Assembly: GCA_043228905.1 (NCBI GenBank)
Contig: JBHGNT010000003.1
Span: 25,420,001-25,484,000, forward strand
Length of the DNA: 64,000 nt
Direction of reading: 5' to 3'
Source: Azolla caroliniana
Taxonomy: Eukaryota > Plantae > Polypodiophyta
Positions 12,729-26,507 of the stretch are shown here, piece after piece (positions within the stretch are counted from its first letter, which is position 1; each line of letters begins with the position of its first letter). The translations under genes and the position numbers were made by a program. Under the pieces are notes generated by a model, which saw nothing but the letters and a program-made list of their open reading frames with translations, ran no database searches and was not told the DNA's origin.

Positions 12729-15700
12729 ATGAGCAGCAGCAAGAAGACATATAGATTTCCCCGTTTCATTCTGTTCGGAGATTCCATCACTCAGCAATCC
12801 TTCTCTCCCTCCGGATGGGGAGCCTCTCTCGCAAATCATTACTCTCCCGCTCATGTAATCTCCATTTTACTCTGTTTCTATCTCTCAAAATTCTCTGTTT
12901 AAATGCATACCTCTGTTTCTATCTCCTGTACTCTCTGTTTATATTTCCTGTGCATTTATATTTTGTTTGGTTTTGTCTCATTACTAATTTCCTGTTTCTA
13001 TCTCAAGAATCCCTTGTTTTTGTCCTTTTCATAATATTTCCTCTGTTACCTCTGCTTGCTCTATATATACTCTGTTTCCATCTCAATACTCTGTGTTTTT
13101 CTATATATATATATATATATTCTTTGTCAACCTCAATACTCAGTTTTTCTAAAAAACAAATTGCTGTATTATTTATAACCTGTCCTTCTTTTCATTCTAT
13201 TGTCCCCCCTTTTCAGGTAGATATTGTTCTCCGAGGATTCAGTGGTTACAACACCAGATGGGCCCTATTTCTTCTTCCCCAAATATTTCCTCAGGTTTAT
13301 CTTACTTAACTTTCTCTCCTGTCCATTTCTTTCTTTTGTTTTCTTCTCCATCATTTCTCCTATTTTTTTTGTTTTTTCTCTCAATAATTTCTTCCTCTTT
13401 TATTTCCTCTCATTTTTCTTGAATCGTTTTGTCTCTTTTCAAAACTCTAAAGTTCTTATGACATTTGGTGTTTTACTTGCTATTTGCTATTTCTTTTCAT
13501 TTGTTTGAAAACTTTCAGTTCAATCATTCATGTAGAATTGTTCGAAACTTCCTTTTGTCTGGAATTTTCGCACCTCCTGTGAAACATTTTAAAAATTTGG
13601 GCCTTTGGCATTATTTTCTATATTAATTACTATGCTAATTCTTTTTGGGGGTTTCAACAAATTGTTTTGAAATTTTCATTCCACCTATTTCTTCATTTGG
13701 GAATAATTCACTTATTTATTCATTTAAGATTTATAATTTTTGCAAGTCCTGTTGCTACCTTTGCTATAAAATTTAGGCTCATGCGAAACTCACTAATATA
13801 TGAAACGAGGGGCGAGAATAGGAAAAAAAAAAAAAAACTTTAGGAGTCCAAAACCCCATGAACCAAAATAAGTAAGTTTGTCTCAAAAAAATATGTGAGT
13901 GTTTATGAAAAAGTGGAAAACTGTAAGTCCGGAAAGCCTAAATTCTAAACCTAATTGATCATCTAGTTTTGATTAAACTTCGTTTTGTCTTTCATTGGAC
14001 TTTTCCATTGTTTTTATTATTGTAAACACATTTAGATCTTGAAACCCTAATAAACCCTACCTAATGCATCATTTGTTTTGATAAAAGCTCATTTTCATGT
14101 TGTCCAGACACCACTAATAGAACCACCTCTTCTTGTCACCGTCTTCTTTGGTGCTAATGATGCCGTGCTACCTGACCATATCCACAATGAGAAGCATGTG
14201 CCATTGCGAGAATATAAGGAAAACCTTCGCAAGATTATCTCCCACATAAAGGTAAGAAACTAGTCATTGTAATGTATTCTATCACATTTTTAAAGACGTT
14301 CTCTATTTGTTTTGGCTAACTTAGACATGGAAAACCATATTTACATATACATTAATATTGTGACATGTGTAGAGTATCAGTGAGGCCACTCATGTGGTCC
14401 TTATCACTCCCCCTCCTGTGCACAAGAAAGGTCTACAAATTGCAGCAGTGTAAGCTTCGTCTATTTTGTGCTATTAATGTGGTGGATTGTCCTAGTCAAT
14501 CCGTACTTAAGACTCATAATTGTTTTTACACCATATACCACTACTCCTAAACTTCGTGCCACATTGTATATCAAATTAATGTCCTTACGATCTCTCTCGA
14601 AACTGTTGGGTTCTTCTCTAGTGACACCCCCCCTCTCTCTTGAAACTGTTGGGTTTTCGAGCAATGAGGAAAGGGCTATCTATGGAATTGCTGAAAAATA
14701 CTTGTAATTTGGGAATTTTGCCAAAAAAACGAAGGAGTTTAAGAGTATGTTGAAAAACATTTGCCTTTAATTTAATGACTGTTGTTTTTTGTGTGTGTTT
14801 TCCTTTACAGGGAAAAATATGGAGCTAAGATTGAAGATCCTCCTTCTAGATCAAATGAAGCGACTGGAACTTACGCAAGAGCGTGCGTTGAAATCGGCCG
14901 AGAATGTGGAGTTTCAGTCATTGACCTGTGGTCATCAATGCAACAAGAATCAATCTGGGAAACAAGATTTTTAAGGTATTTGTTTTTCATTTTATGCATG
15001 GATGTAGATGCAATAACAGTAGAAGTCTTAATGTGTAGTTCTTCATTAGAGATCAATAATATAAAGTCCAAATGCCTGCAATGCCCTTGCTTTTTTCACT
15101 GTTCCCCTGAATTCCCCTAAGTTTTGTCGATTTCCCCAAATGCCTTTGGTCTATCCTTGCTCGAGTAATTGTGTGCCATTTAAACAATTATATGGTCAAT
15201 TCATCTCCCTTTCTCATTTATACATTTTATTCTAAGAATTATGCATGGTCAATCCATCCCCTTTTCCCGTCATCTGGTGGGTGTCAGGGGCATTTGGTGA
15301 AATAAACAAGACCTTTAGGGTTATTGAGGGACCAAAAGGTAATCTTATAGTTTTTTTCCGTCATATAGACATAGAGATTTCATCATTCCAATGGTGCTGT
15401 GCTGATATCGTGCTATTGAAAAAGTTGAAGATTCACATTGTCCGCTTTGTAGACACTTCAATTATAATCTTGCTTCTGTCCAGGGAAAAGCTCCACAATG
15501 CCATTCCCTATCTACAGTGTGAAGATGAAATCACCCTACAAATGTTTTTGAGTTTGTTTATTAACTGGAAGGATGCTTTTTTATTGTTTGCTTTTTGTGT
15601 CAGTGATGGTCTACATTTGAGCCCTGAGGGGAATTCGTTTGTCGCGGAACAGCTCTTGCAGCTCTTAGATAACATAGGCTTATCTGCTGGAGACATGAAA

Positions 15701-15760
15701 ACAGAATTTCCAGACTTTTTGAGTATCGATGCTAGTGAGCCGAAAAACACATTCAAATAA
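12729..15760 (+). CDS. GDSL/SGNH esterase, IAH1/CPRD49-like, 248 aa
   Basis: Exons 12729-12854, 13217-13294, 14108-14251, 14373-14449, 14811-14975 and 15604-15760 total 747 nt in frame. All four SGNH blocks are present: FGDSIT, RGFSGYNTRW, FFGANDA, DGLH. Confidence 0.93.
15103..15331. mobile_element. MITE-like element with ~48-bp imperfect terminal inverted repeats in GDSL intron 5
   Basis: The left arm tcccctgaattcccctaagttttgtcgatttccccaaatgcc matches the reverse complement of the right arm (tccctcaataaccctaaaggtcttgtttatttcaccaaatgcc). TSD not resolved. Confidence 0.55.
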
Positions 15761-16608
15761 GTGAAGTCTTGACCTCTCAGAGACACATTGAAAGGATTGT
15801 TAGTCAATTGATTCCTATTCATTTTTTTCTCTTGTTTGATCCTGAAATCATTAATCACTTTTCTATCATGGAACGTTTTACACTCTTTATCATCCCAACT
15901 GTGTTTCTTCTCAATATGTATTCCTTGAATTGATATTATCACTTGATTTTTTGTATGGTGAAATGAGCTATTGTATATTTTATTTTATATAGAGAAGAAC
16001 TCCGAAATGCAAACAGTCCCTGATGCCCTTTATCAACCCCCAAAAATGCGAAAAATGGGACGAGTTGCCATTGTTTGCTCAAATAGCACAAATAATTACC
16101 CAAAACGTAAGATGGTTTTCACTACAAGTATTCGGGGAAACCTAAAAATTTAGGGGCATTTGAGCATTTAAAGAAACTCCTGGCGGATTCAGAGGTTTTC
16201 CCTTGTAAATGTTGTCACACTAATGGGATCTTATTTTTTATTATCTGTGTGCTATGTGGATATGTATTCAATGGTAAATATCTTTATACTTGGATCTTAA
16301 AAGAAAACTATGTATATTTTGATGGTTTTTGAAATGGGTGTCATCTTAATTTTGTTCAATTTTAAGGTCTAATTAGTAAAATAGTTGTAACTGTGACAAA
16401 AGTGTCATATTTTGTATTCCATAAAATAGTTACTTTTTTTGATACAGTACCATAATCTGCATTTGCACAGATACTTATTAGTTTGAAGAACTATATACTT
16501 CATATAATGACTATTGGTCTCAATCATATGCATGAAGTGTGCATATTTACATTGAGCTTGAACAATTGAATGTGTTTCCTTTGGATTCATGTCTTTTTAA
16601 CCCAAAGT

Positions 16609-17107
16609 TTTGAGTGAATTTGTGATGAGAACCTTGTTTTCACGATCTGCAGAATCAATCATTTTGAAAACGAATGGTAAGTTGAATCTGAAGCAAATCA
16701 GATAAATTCACTTTGAAAACAAAATTTGGATATTGGGAATCTCGTCAAAATATATCTGCAGCAATCAGCAATTAATCTTAAATTGAGTTTTGGAAACAAG
16801 GAATCCCTTGTCATTATAAGTATTTGAAGCAAATTGGTTGCAAGGATTTTTGGCCATTTGAGTGAATTTGTGATGAGAACCTTGTTTTCACGATCTGCAG
16901 AATCAATCATTTTGAAAACGAATGGTAAGTTGAATCTGAAGCAAATCAGATAAATTCACTTTGAAAACAAAATTTGGATATTGGGAATCTCGTCAAAATA
17001 TATCTGCAGCAATCAGCAAAATTAATCTTAAATTGAGTTTTGGAAACAAGGAATCCCTTGTCATTATAAGTATTTGAAGCAAATTGGTTGCAAGGATTTT
17101 TGGCCAT
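16609..17107. repeat. Near-perfect 248-bp tandem duplication (2 copies)
   Basis: tgagtgaatttgtgatgagaacc starts at 16611 and again at 16859. The only difference seen is a 2-nt A-run expansion in copy 2. Confidence 0.95.
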
Positions 17108-17510
17108 CCATCCACAAAAGCCACTTCTGATTGACACATGTATGATCGTATCTTATATATCTTCAAAAGAGCTGATTGCATGCCTTCTTTCAACAGCAGG
17201 GTCTTAGGATCTTTAGAATGCGTTAATGCTAGCCACCTTTCAATTAATTGTCTGTTACTTTTTTAAGCTCAAATGCTTAGCATAGTATTAATTAGTGACG
17301 ATTTTCATAACCTTATCCTTGCATTTTGTGATGCTAATACATAATTAGAGACTATTTTCAAGCTTACATAAAAATGTCCATGAGATATACTTCAACAAAC
17401 TGTAATTAGCCATCAATATTGCACATACATCACACATATATGACATCACAGGAAACGGTTACATTTCAGCAAGAAAAGCTGGTTTGTGTCAAATCAGTAC
17501 TGAACTAAGA

Positions 17511-20500
17511 CTAGGGAGCACAAAGATTTCGCAGCTCTTCACTCTTAGCAAACCAGCTGGGCACGATTTTATGTGCATGTGGATGAAGATCTTTATAGGA
17601 GTTTCGTATGGTTCCCTCAGCTACCCCAGTAACTCGAGAAATATCTACAAAATTCAGTAAGTAAGATGGCTACAATTCATTAATGCTAATATATCTGTGT
17701 ATATAACATTGTTATATATACACATAAATCAATAATGTATGTATATCGGCATTGGCTTAGTTGAATTCGTTATGTTCTATAAAGCCATATTATCCAGAGG
17801 TTAGAAGAGCTTTGTGATGCAAAATTAAACAAAAAGAAAAGTGTAATATAAAAATTACCCCAGAGTATACATTGTAATATTCTCTGATACCCTAGTAGGT
17901 TTGCAAATCTAAGTATTCATAAATATTAAAATTAAACAAGGCAAAAGGTTAAAATAATATAATATTTAGCATATTTCATCAGATGTCAATTAAATAGTCA
18001 TTATGGTCTTAAAATAGCCACTATTTTTATTCTTTCCTTTCTGATTTGAGGAAAGGGGGTATTACTGAGATTTTAAATACTACTAGGGGTATTCCTTTTT
18101 AAAATTAAGGGGAGTATACTGATTTAAAACTATTAGCTCTATTATTTTTTATACAAGGAGTGTTACTTTTTAAAATAGGGGTAATACTGATATTTTACCA
18201 ATGGTATAAAATAGCATTTATTTACACCAAAGATATAAAATGCCTGTACCTTCCTAAATGTGAATGATTCTGTGTCAAAATCATATAATGAGATGAGGAT
18301 TGTTGCAGTTAAACATAAAACAAGGATCATATCGACTAATTATTGTTACCTTTCAGAGGCTTCTTGTCTTCTGACAATTGTGATATCATGTATATCACGG
18401 CGGCTGCAATAGAAATTGGACTTCTCCTGGCAGATAAAACAAGAAAGACAAGAAAACAAAGGTCTATGTTGTTGGATGAGTCAAGAAACTAATAAACAAG
18501 GGGAAAAAATATTAACCATCGATCCTAGCTTATTTATCTATCTTGTTCCCCTATATATTTCAAGGTAAAAAACAACAGCTTTAGAGCCTCTTGTACAATG
18601 CATATCTGTTGCTTACAAGCACTCTACAAATTTGTTGTATTAAGTACTGTTTTCATGTGTCTATATAAGAGTATGTCTTTGGCCTACTGATCACACTTAC
18701 TTCAGTCACATTATACCCTATATGTCCTCTTTAGGAAACCCCTTATCTAGATCTATATCTTTAAAATGATCCCTGTATAGAAAAAAAAAACCTGATCTAT
18801 GGAAATGTCATGAATAATATGCATCATTTTTTATAGTCAAATTGAGATTTTGTATTAAATATTTAAATCTATTCAAACACTGTCCCAGTTTTCGCATTTT
18901 CATAAATTTAGTATGTTTATTCTTTGGAGTATTTTAGGATTTTGCGAATATCTAATCAGTTAATATTTTCTTATTTAGGTAAAATGCAAACCTCTTTTAA
19001 TTTTATTATAAAAAATAGAGGGTTTTACAACTCTTCATGTGCTATAGGTACATATTTATGACTGACCCCAGGGCTGGAACCTAATGATTCAACAATAGAG
19101 ATCACAAAAAATGCTACCCTGAGAGTTTCAGATCACCAAATATTCAACTTTTCCAACTTTTTAGACAGATTTATTCACTATGTTAAAAACCTTTGTGTCT
19201 TCAAATCATTTTGCATAAATAAATAAAAACACCCTTCTCCTATCCAATCTATGTTAATTCCCTTTAAATGGCGATCTTCTGTACATACAAAAGAAGGAAG
19301 AACTAAAAAATCCTTAAAACAGATGTAGCTAGTATTTTGCTCACCGGACATCCAACTCCTCTGACTTTTTAACTGATTCAGTTGCAGCTTTTACAGCCTG
19401 ATTGTTCATGCCGAGATGAGAGCAAAACCTCCTCTGCAAACAACATTAGCAAGTCAAATAGAACCTGATCCAAACTAAATAAGGTAGTGACAAAAATCTA
19501 CTGAATAAGGAAAAAAATAGTCACAATTTTTTCTTTCAAAGAAAAGAACAAAAGAAAATACACCAAGAAATCGCCTGCATGTATCGTTCCCATTTCCATA
19601 GATTTGCCCATCTCTTCTTCGAGGTGTTTAACGATGAACTCTTTAGCCCGGCCAATCTCTTTTTTTGAAGCACCATTGGCTACTGAGCAGATTTCTGTTA
19701 CAGAGTCACAACAATATATCAGGGGTTTGTTCGATACAAAACTAAACACAGCACCAATATATATATACTTCCAAACTTGTAGTGCACTTGTCACTATACT
19801 ATTAACTAAATTTTCATAAGTTTACCAGAATAATACCCTTATATAATTAAAAAGCTACTCTTCGCACAATGTATTCTGGTATTCTTGAAACCTTGTTTAC
19901 AGGGTGTTTTGCTAAATATCCAAAACACTACGGGTATTTTGGTGTGTTGCCCTTTAATAAAATCTTACAAAAACATGAGATCTGACCTTTCACAGTTCTA
20001 GGTTTGTCCTCTTGACGACAGGCAATATATAAACATGCAGCTAGAATTGCATCTTGGTTCCTTCCCCTGCTGGACTTCAGATCTTCAATCTTCTTATATA
20101 TTTCATTTGCTCTATCCTTTGGGTCCCAGGACAAAGCAAAATCAAATATCAAATCAAATCAATCATAGAATCATATCCATTATCAAACAACTCAAGGAAA
20201 GCCATTGACTTCAATGTTTCCTTACCGATAACTATGTGAAATCAATCACATGGCTATGAAATGGATTTTAGCATGATTCCATGAGGACAACCAAAATGAA
20301 ATCATTTATATCCAGCAAAATAAAAAAATGTATAAATAGCTACCCTACCCAGAGTAAAATAAGATGAAATAAAGCATCACATATCTCACGAAAAGAATAA
20401 TAAATGACTAGAAGTCATCATAACAAGGGAAGAGAAAATGGAAGAGAAAAAAAATGATAGAATAGGTCTTATATAGGAGAGGAGAGAAGGAACAAATTAA

Positions 20501-23500
20501 TAAATTATCATGGAAATCATCACATGGATATTGCCTCAGGTTTTTTCACTACAAGAAAAAAGCTCCACTGCCTATTGCTTCAGCTCTTTGGACAGGTATT
20601 AGAATATGGGATTTGACCTTGTTATTTCAACAGAAAGCCCATGAGTGAGAAACTGATGAAATGTAACCAAAGATTCTGCAGTCACCTTAATGGTTGAAAC
20701 TAGTCCCAGCCTGCAAAATCAAAGAAAAATCATTAAATGAGTGTACTTTAGATTATTTTTAGAGATTTTCTCATTAACAATGTTATAAAAACGTGTTAAA
20801 CTAGTAAGATTGGGTTGCATGGGGAAATCGCAAAGAATTTCACTTTAACTATCATCTAGAAGGTTGCATTTTATATTCCACCACAAATTCGGATTTTGTT
20901 TCTTTTAAATTTTGGAAAGTAGATATCAGTTCGTAAGTATGCAAGTGTTCATTGTTAATGCTAGAAAATTAAGAAGAAGTTCATCTTCAAAAGTGATAAA
21001 GGAGAGAGTTTTAGCAAAGAGAAGGAAAAACAATTGGTGGAATGCTTTCAATTTTGATTACTGAACCATCATCAAGTGAAACATAGCATCCTCTTCCTCA
21101 GGGAGCTATAAGACAGGATCCTCACTTTATCTGCAGTAAAATTCAGACTCAATTGCATACAGTGTTGTATTAAGGTCCTGTAAAACCTAAAAGGGACTAC
21201 GCTGGTCATTGTGTTTAGCGTAGACGAAGCAGACAACATTTGCCCATCGAGAGTGCATGGTCTCTCCTATGAGTTGTAACAGGAATAAACGTTGGACATT
21301 TCTGATCATTGAAATTTAATGGTTGCTATGCCATGTAGCATGGTAGAATTATTAAGCATATTTCTTTATAAACATTTTTTGCAAAGTAGTAGATCAAATG
21401 CATTGCAGAATAGAAGAAGTATAAAATGAATACACAACGTGATCAAAAGAGGAAGCAAGGGAATAGTAAGGGTGAAAGTTTATAAGTGAATAATCAAACG
21501 TGAGCATGGTGAGGTTGTTGAGATCTTGGCAATACATACAAAACTGCCATCAAGAAAACCCACAAGAAAACCTAAAAAGAAGAAAGAATTATACGAGAAA
21601 CTCTGGAAACAAGAATTTGCAAACGGGTGAATGCCTGGCTAAAAGCTAGAACAGATCCCTCAGAGAAAACCAAGGGTAGGTATATCAGGGAATTTTTTCA
21701 ATTCTTCTATCAGCTGACCTCACCCAATTCTACTACGACCACTCCTCTTGCTTTCCATCTTCTATGTTACATTCTTTATATAACTGCCGCATATGTTTCT
21801 TCACCACCTTTCTAGACATTTAATCATTTCCTACAATCCGGTTTCTTTAGTTGCTTCTAAACTTTACCCAACATATTCTTCAATTTACTAGGATTCTATG
21901 AGGCTAGTTTTACTGTTGATGCCAACTTTTCACATTGAATGCACTAAAGTCGACTTCACATCGGTGAGTGTGAGATTCACACTACAATTCATACTCACAT
22001 AGAAAACTCTCCAACTTTATGAATCTCTTATCTTCAGTTAAAACATCTGCAATTTGATCATCAGTTTTAGTGTGAATCACATATGTGAGTATTCTTCTTT
22101 TTTTTCTTGAAGAAAAACCTTACTTGGGTATTGCAAATACTTAAACCAATTGCAAAACTAAGTTCAAGCCTTACAATTGTCAAATAAATTAGACTTTCAA
22201 TGATCCTTTTCAAAGTTGTAGCATTCTCTACTGGGTACCAAAATCAGCTCAAATCAGCTCTCAACTTCACATTTTACAGAAGTGGTGTATGAATGGGCAT
22301 GCATCCAATCATTCCATATAACCTAAAGTATAGTCTCTTTGAATGGAATTTCTTGGCCTAAAGAAGATCATCTTCAACTAACCTCTTTTATATTGATTTC
22401 ATGACTTACTACAATAATGAAATCATCCACACAATTCAAAATGACAATGATTCCATCGTCCTAGCTAACGTATACACAAACTTTGATATTTCAAATCCAT
22501 GTGTAGTTAAGCACTTGATGTCCATGGTTGGTAATACATACAATGCCTTCTTCAATTTACATGCACAATGTAGGAATTTTAGATATTTATTGCATATAAA
22601 CTTCCCTGCATGCATGTTCATGTACATATTGTTCCCACCTCCTCGTGCATCAGTAGCATAAGCCTCTTCGCTGAGCTCATGTGTGATGTGTGACAATATG
22701 ATGTGCTTATTGTATTCAAAGACTTGTAGCATACAATTTTAAGCATAAAAATATCCCCAACATTAAGATTCAATAGACCAAATTAACTTCCAATTTAGAA
22801 AATACATGCAAGTTTTAAAATGTTCAAAATCTTCCCAGAGTATCCTAAAATTCCTCTAGCATCACCTGTGCATGTTAATAGTTATATTCGTCATCCAATC
22901 AACAATCAGACATAATCACCTCATCACAATCATACTCCTTGATATCTGTGGGTGACCAGAAAATAATCCTAACAATAATTTCCAGGCTTTTTTTTACTAC
23001 TATTTGAAGTTCTGGAGTGCCCTGTTTACACTCGTGAGTATCTTTCAATTCAATTTGCATTTGTCTACATTGACATATCCACCTCCTCCATGCTTTCTAT
23101 GGCTTTCAATAAGTGCATACCGGAGAAAAATATACTAATCACTCTAATTGCTTTGTCCTTATCCTATTGCAGATCTTTGTGGGAATAAAAGAAAATGCAT
23201 TCCAATTTCTCATACGCTTCTCATGAGCAATCTTGAGCCAAAATCCTGAATGCCACTTTTTTAAGATGAGGACGGCCATATCCAAAAGATTCCCTTCACA
23301 AGAACTGCTGTAATTGCCGAGGTCACATCTATTCTTTAATTGTTTTGATATAAGGCATTATATCAAATCTCAGCAGGAAGAAAAGTCTTTGGCTTGAGTG
23401 TCAATTTTCGTAAATAGCATCGCTTCATTTCTCTTTCATCTTATTTTGTGTATTGGGCATGTAGTCCAGCGGTAATCCACATTTTTACTAGCCTGGTTTA

Positions 23501-23991
23501 AAATCTCTTAACTTTATTAGATGATATTGCAGATGTAGGGTTGAACCCTACTAACTGTGATTACCCATATTTGTAAATCTCTCTCTATCTCTCTCTCACT
23601 CGCCTATAAAGCAAACCAAGGAAGTGTGAAATATGATTACTAACCGATCCGCCATCGTTGCAATGCCACGGAAAGCTTGGATAAGCATCCGGTCTGGGTT
23701 TGATCCTCGACTCTGCCATCGGCCAAGTGACGGAAAATCTCCTTGTGAGCCGCTTGTCTTTGATATAACTGTAACCAACCCACCATCCGTTAGCAGAGGG
23801 TTTGAAGGGCCTCCAACACGAACTGGATCATTGTCCGCGGATTCGTTCGCAAAAGTTCTCCACTCCGAGGTCTCATCGATGGAGTGAGCTTCTAAGACTA
23901 GGCCACATTCTCTGCACACCATATCACCAGCTGCATGATCCATGACAACTTCTGTTGCTTTCTTGCATTCTGGGCAATTGACATCGGCCAT
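17511..23991 (-). CDS. TFIIB: Transcription initiation factor IIB, 310 aa
   Basis: Exons 23991-23645, 20710-20686, 20116-19987, 19694-19564, 19433-19345, 18426-18350 and 17644-17511 total 933 nt in frame. Zn ribbon CPEC...CREC, B-reader DETSEWRTF, and cyclin folds [11 protein letters not shown] and [12 protein letters not shown]...[14 protein letters not shown]. Confidence 0.97.
21900..22700 (-). mobile_element. Decayed Ty1/copia RT remnant in TFIIB intron 1
   Basis: Minus-strand fragments MYMN...[10 protein letters not shown] (copia [10 protein letters not shown] motif, ~22530-22630) and [22 protein letters not shown]...RRILTYV (copia YRxLVGSLxYLTxTRPDLSFAVG...KRILRY motif, ~22080-22210). 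Boundaries are approximate. Confidence 0.75.
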
Positions 23992-24265
23992 TTTTGTATG
24001 ATCCTCTCTCTCTCTCTCTCTCTCTCTTCTTCTTGCTTGTTCTGCTCTTCCTGTCTTTGCTTCTGAGCAACAAAAATAAGTTTTGGTGGTTCAGAGGGAT
24101 GGTTTTCTACCCAATTTCAACACAAAACCAAACTCTTCGGTTTGGGCCTCTTTTGCCCTACCTTTGGTTCGGTTCGGTTCGGTTTGGCCTCATGGTTTGG
24201 TTTGGTGAGGCCAGGTCTAGTCCAAGTTTGGTCAAGAGCCTCCCTTTGATTCCCTCATGATTCCC

Positions 24266-24350
24266 GCCTCTGCCTCTCGACTCTCGACTGACTTTTAACC
24301 TTTGATGCCGGCCTCTGCCTCTCGAGACTCTCGATTGACTTTTAACCTTT
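24266..24350. repeat. ~40-bp direct duplication upstream of TFIIB
   Basis: gcctctgcctctcga(ga)ctctcgaytgacttttaacctt occurs at 24266 and 24311. Confidence 0.85.
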
Positions 24351-26005
24351 TCCCCAGTTTTAAGATAAGGGCTTCAAAACACAACAATGGAGGATGGGTT
24401 ACTTCCCTTTGAGGTACAAATGTTATTTGGAGGGCTTTGGCATAGGTGGAACTTTGGTTTTGACTCTAAGTCAATGGTGACAAATGGTTTTCAATTAGTA
24501 CGTTGAACACATTTATTTGATAGCATGGTGACTAGTCTCCCATGACAAATACTTTTGAAGAATACAATGTCTCATGTGCCATGCTCCACTATTGTATTTG
24601 ACTCTTTAGTGTTGCACACTCCATGTCCAATTGGTCCAATTGAGGCTTGCCTCTCTTTGATCATTTTAGCGGAATTGAAGCCGATTTAAATGTGGCACTT
24701 TTGAGCTCTTACAATACTATTGTACAAAATTATTATTAGCTTATTGATTGGACTTTGTTGATACATAGATTCTCCATATGTAGTAAGATTAATGTCAAGA
24801 ATGAAAAATAAGATATTCCTTAATAATGGAGAGTGTTTCTTATAACTATGGCAAGTCAATTGCCCATGGTTTGGAATTCAACCTTCAAGCTTTGGAAGTG
24901 AGTAGTTACTAGTACTAACAACTTCTATGTAAGGAAATCCCTCTATAAATTTGGCATATGACATTCATACTTTTGACCTTGTCAAAGAAGCTTTATGAAA
25001 TTCCTTTGTTTAAACTTTCTAACAATGTGCACCATAATTTCTATAAAGAAAAAGTCTACATAACATTTATCTATACATGAAACAACAATTTCCATGATAA
25101 AACTTGTATTTGTTGGCAAGAACTACACTCAATCATGTACCTATCAGAATTTGTGAGTGTTGCTTCTCTAAATGGAGGCAACCTAGTGTTTTATAGGAAT
25201 CCTAATTGGAACTTCATCAATGAAACACAATCTTAGGAAAAAAGATAGTTGTTGGATTCTTACTCTTATCATCAACAATGAATTGATAGTTTTGTAAAGT
25301 AGATGAGCGAATTTATATATTTGTCATTTCTTCTTTTTTTCCAAAAAAACACTACTTCGCATTAGTTAGCATATATTTGTCAGTTCTTGTGTTCTTGTGT
25401 TTATTAAAAGAAACATTTCCACTTACTTTACCGAGTCCATCATAACGATGTATTTGCTATTAAAAGGCAATGCACCACAATGTGTTTATGCCCTTTATGG
25501 CTTGTCAATTAAGAGAGAGAGTTATGAAATGTTATCACTGTTTGACAACATGAAGGCCAAGATATACTTTGCCAAATAATTAGGTTTGATAACAAAAATG
25601 ATTGTATAGAGCTAATTCAATGATTGATGTATATAACATAGCATTCGAAATTGAAAGAATGAATAGAGAATGTCATCTACAATAAAATACTCAATCCTTA
25701 AAAAAGAACAAATTCACCACTATGCATACAAATATATTCACGAGAAGATAGATATTGAGATCCTTATTTTTATAAGGTGAATGTCTCCTTGACTAGATGA
25801 TTTGGTTTATTGAGGCTTGGTATACATATAAAGAACAAACATAGAGAAAACATGGTGGCTCTATTCCACATAGGGTTACATGTCAAAAACCTTATTAACG
25901 AGAGTATACAAAACACTACTACTTGAATTCATCCCTCAGATACATAACACTAAACATAGAGCATAGCTTACATTACCTATGAGTATCCTGTAAATGAGCA
26001 TCCTT

Positions 26006-26277
26006 CTCTGAAGTCCAATTAATGGTTGTCAATCAAAATTAATAATCTTGTTACGACTGTGGTTCAAGCACAAACCAAATGACAATCCCATGATCAAAGA
26101 CTCTCAATGCATATATCAAAATTATTGCACAACACATCAAGCTCTGAAGTCTAATTAATGGTTGTCAATCAAAATTAATAATCTTGTTACCACTATGGTT
26201 CAAGCACAAACCATATGACAATCCCATGATTAAAGACTCTCAATGCATATATCAAAATTATTGCACAACACATCAAG
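26006..26277. repeat. 136-bp tandem duplication downstream of the deacetylase stop codon
   Basis: ctctgaagtcyaattaatggttgtc starts at 26006 and 26142, with about 5 substitutions between copies. Confidence 0.95.
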
Positions 26278-26507
26278 CATCTACGATGACATTTGTATTA
26301 CAATAAAAAAGTAAAGTTCTTGATTGTCATTGTATTAGGTTTTAACAATAGTAGATCATATTATGTTTCAACCTCAATATTCTATTAATGTAATAAAGAC
26401 ATGGACAACTCTTGTACACAAGCCATACCATCTCTGAAATATATATTTTTTGAAGTATTATAAAGCTTCTATGTTTACATACAATTAGCACGACAAGTTA
26501 TCAAGGA

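Noticed and set aside
15245-15603. N-terminal part of the 171-aa ORF 15245-15760
   Set aside because: It is intron read-through including a MITE arm; only 15604-15760 is the GDSL last exon.
24400-25200. Possible minus-strand 3' LINE fragment
   Set aside because: Only vague resemblance to the post-RT region at 3800-4000, with no unambiguous motif.
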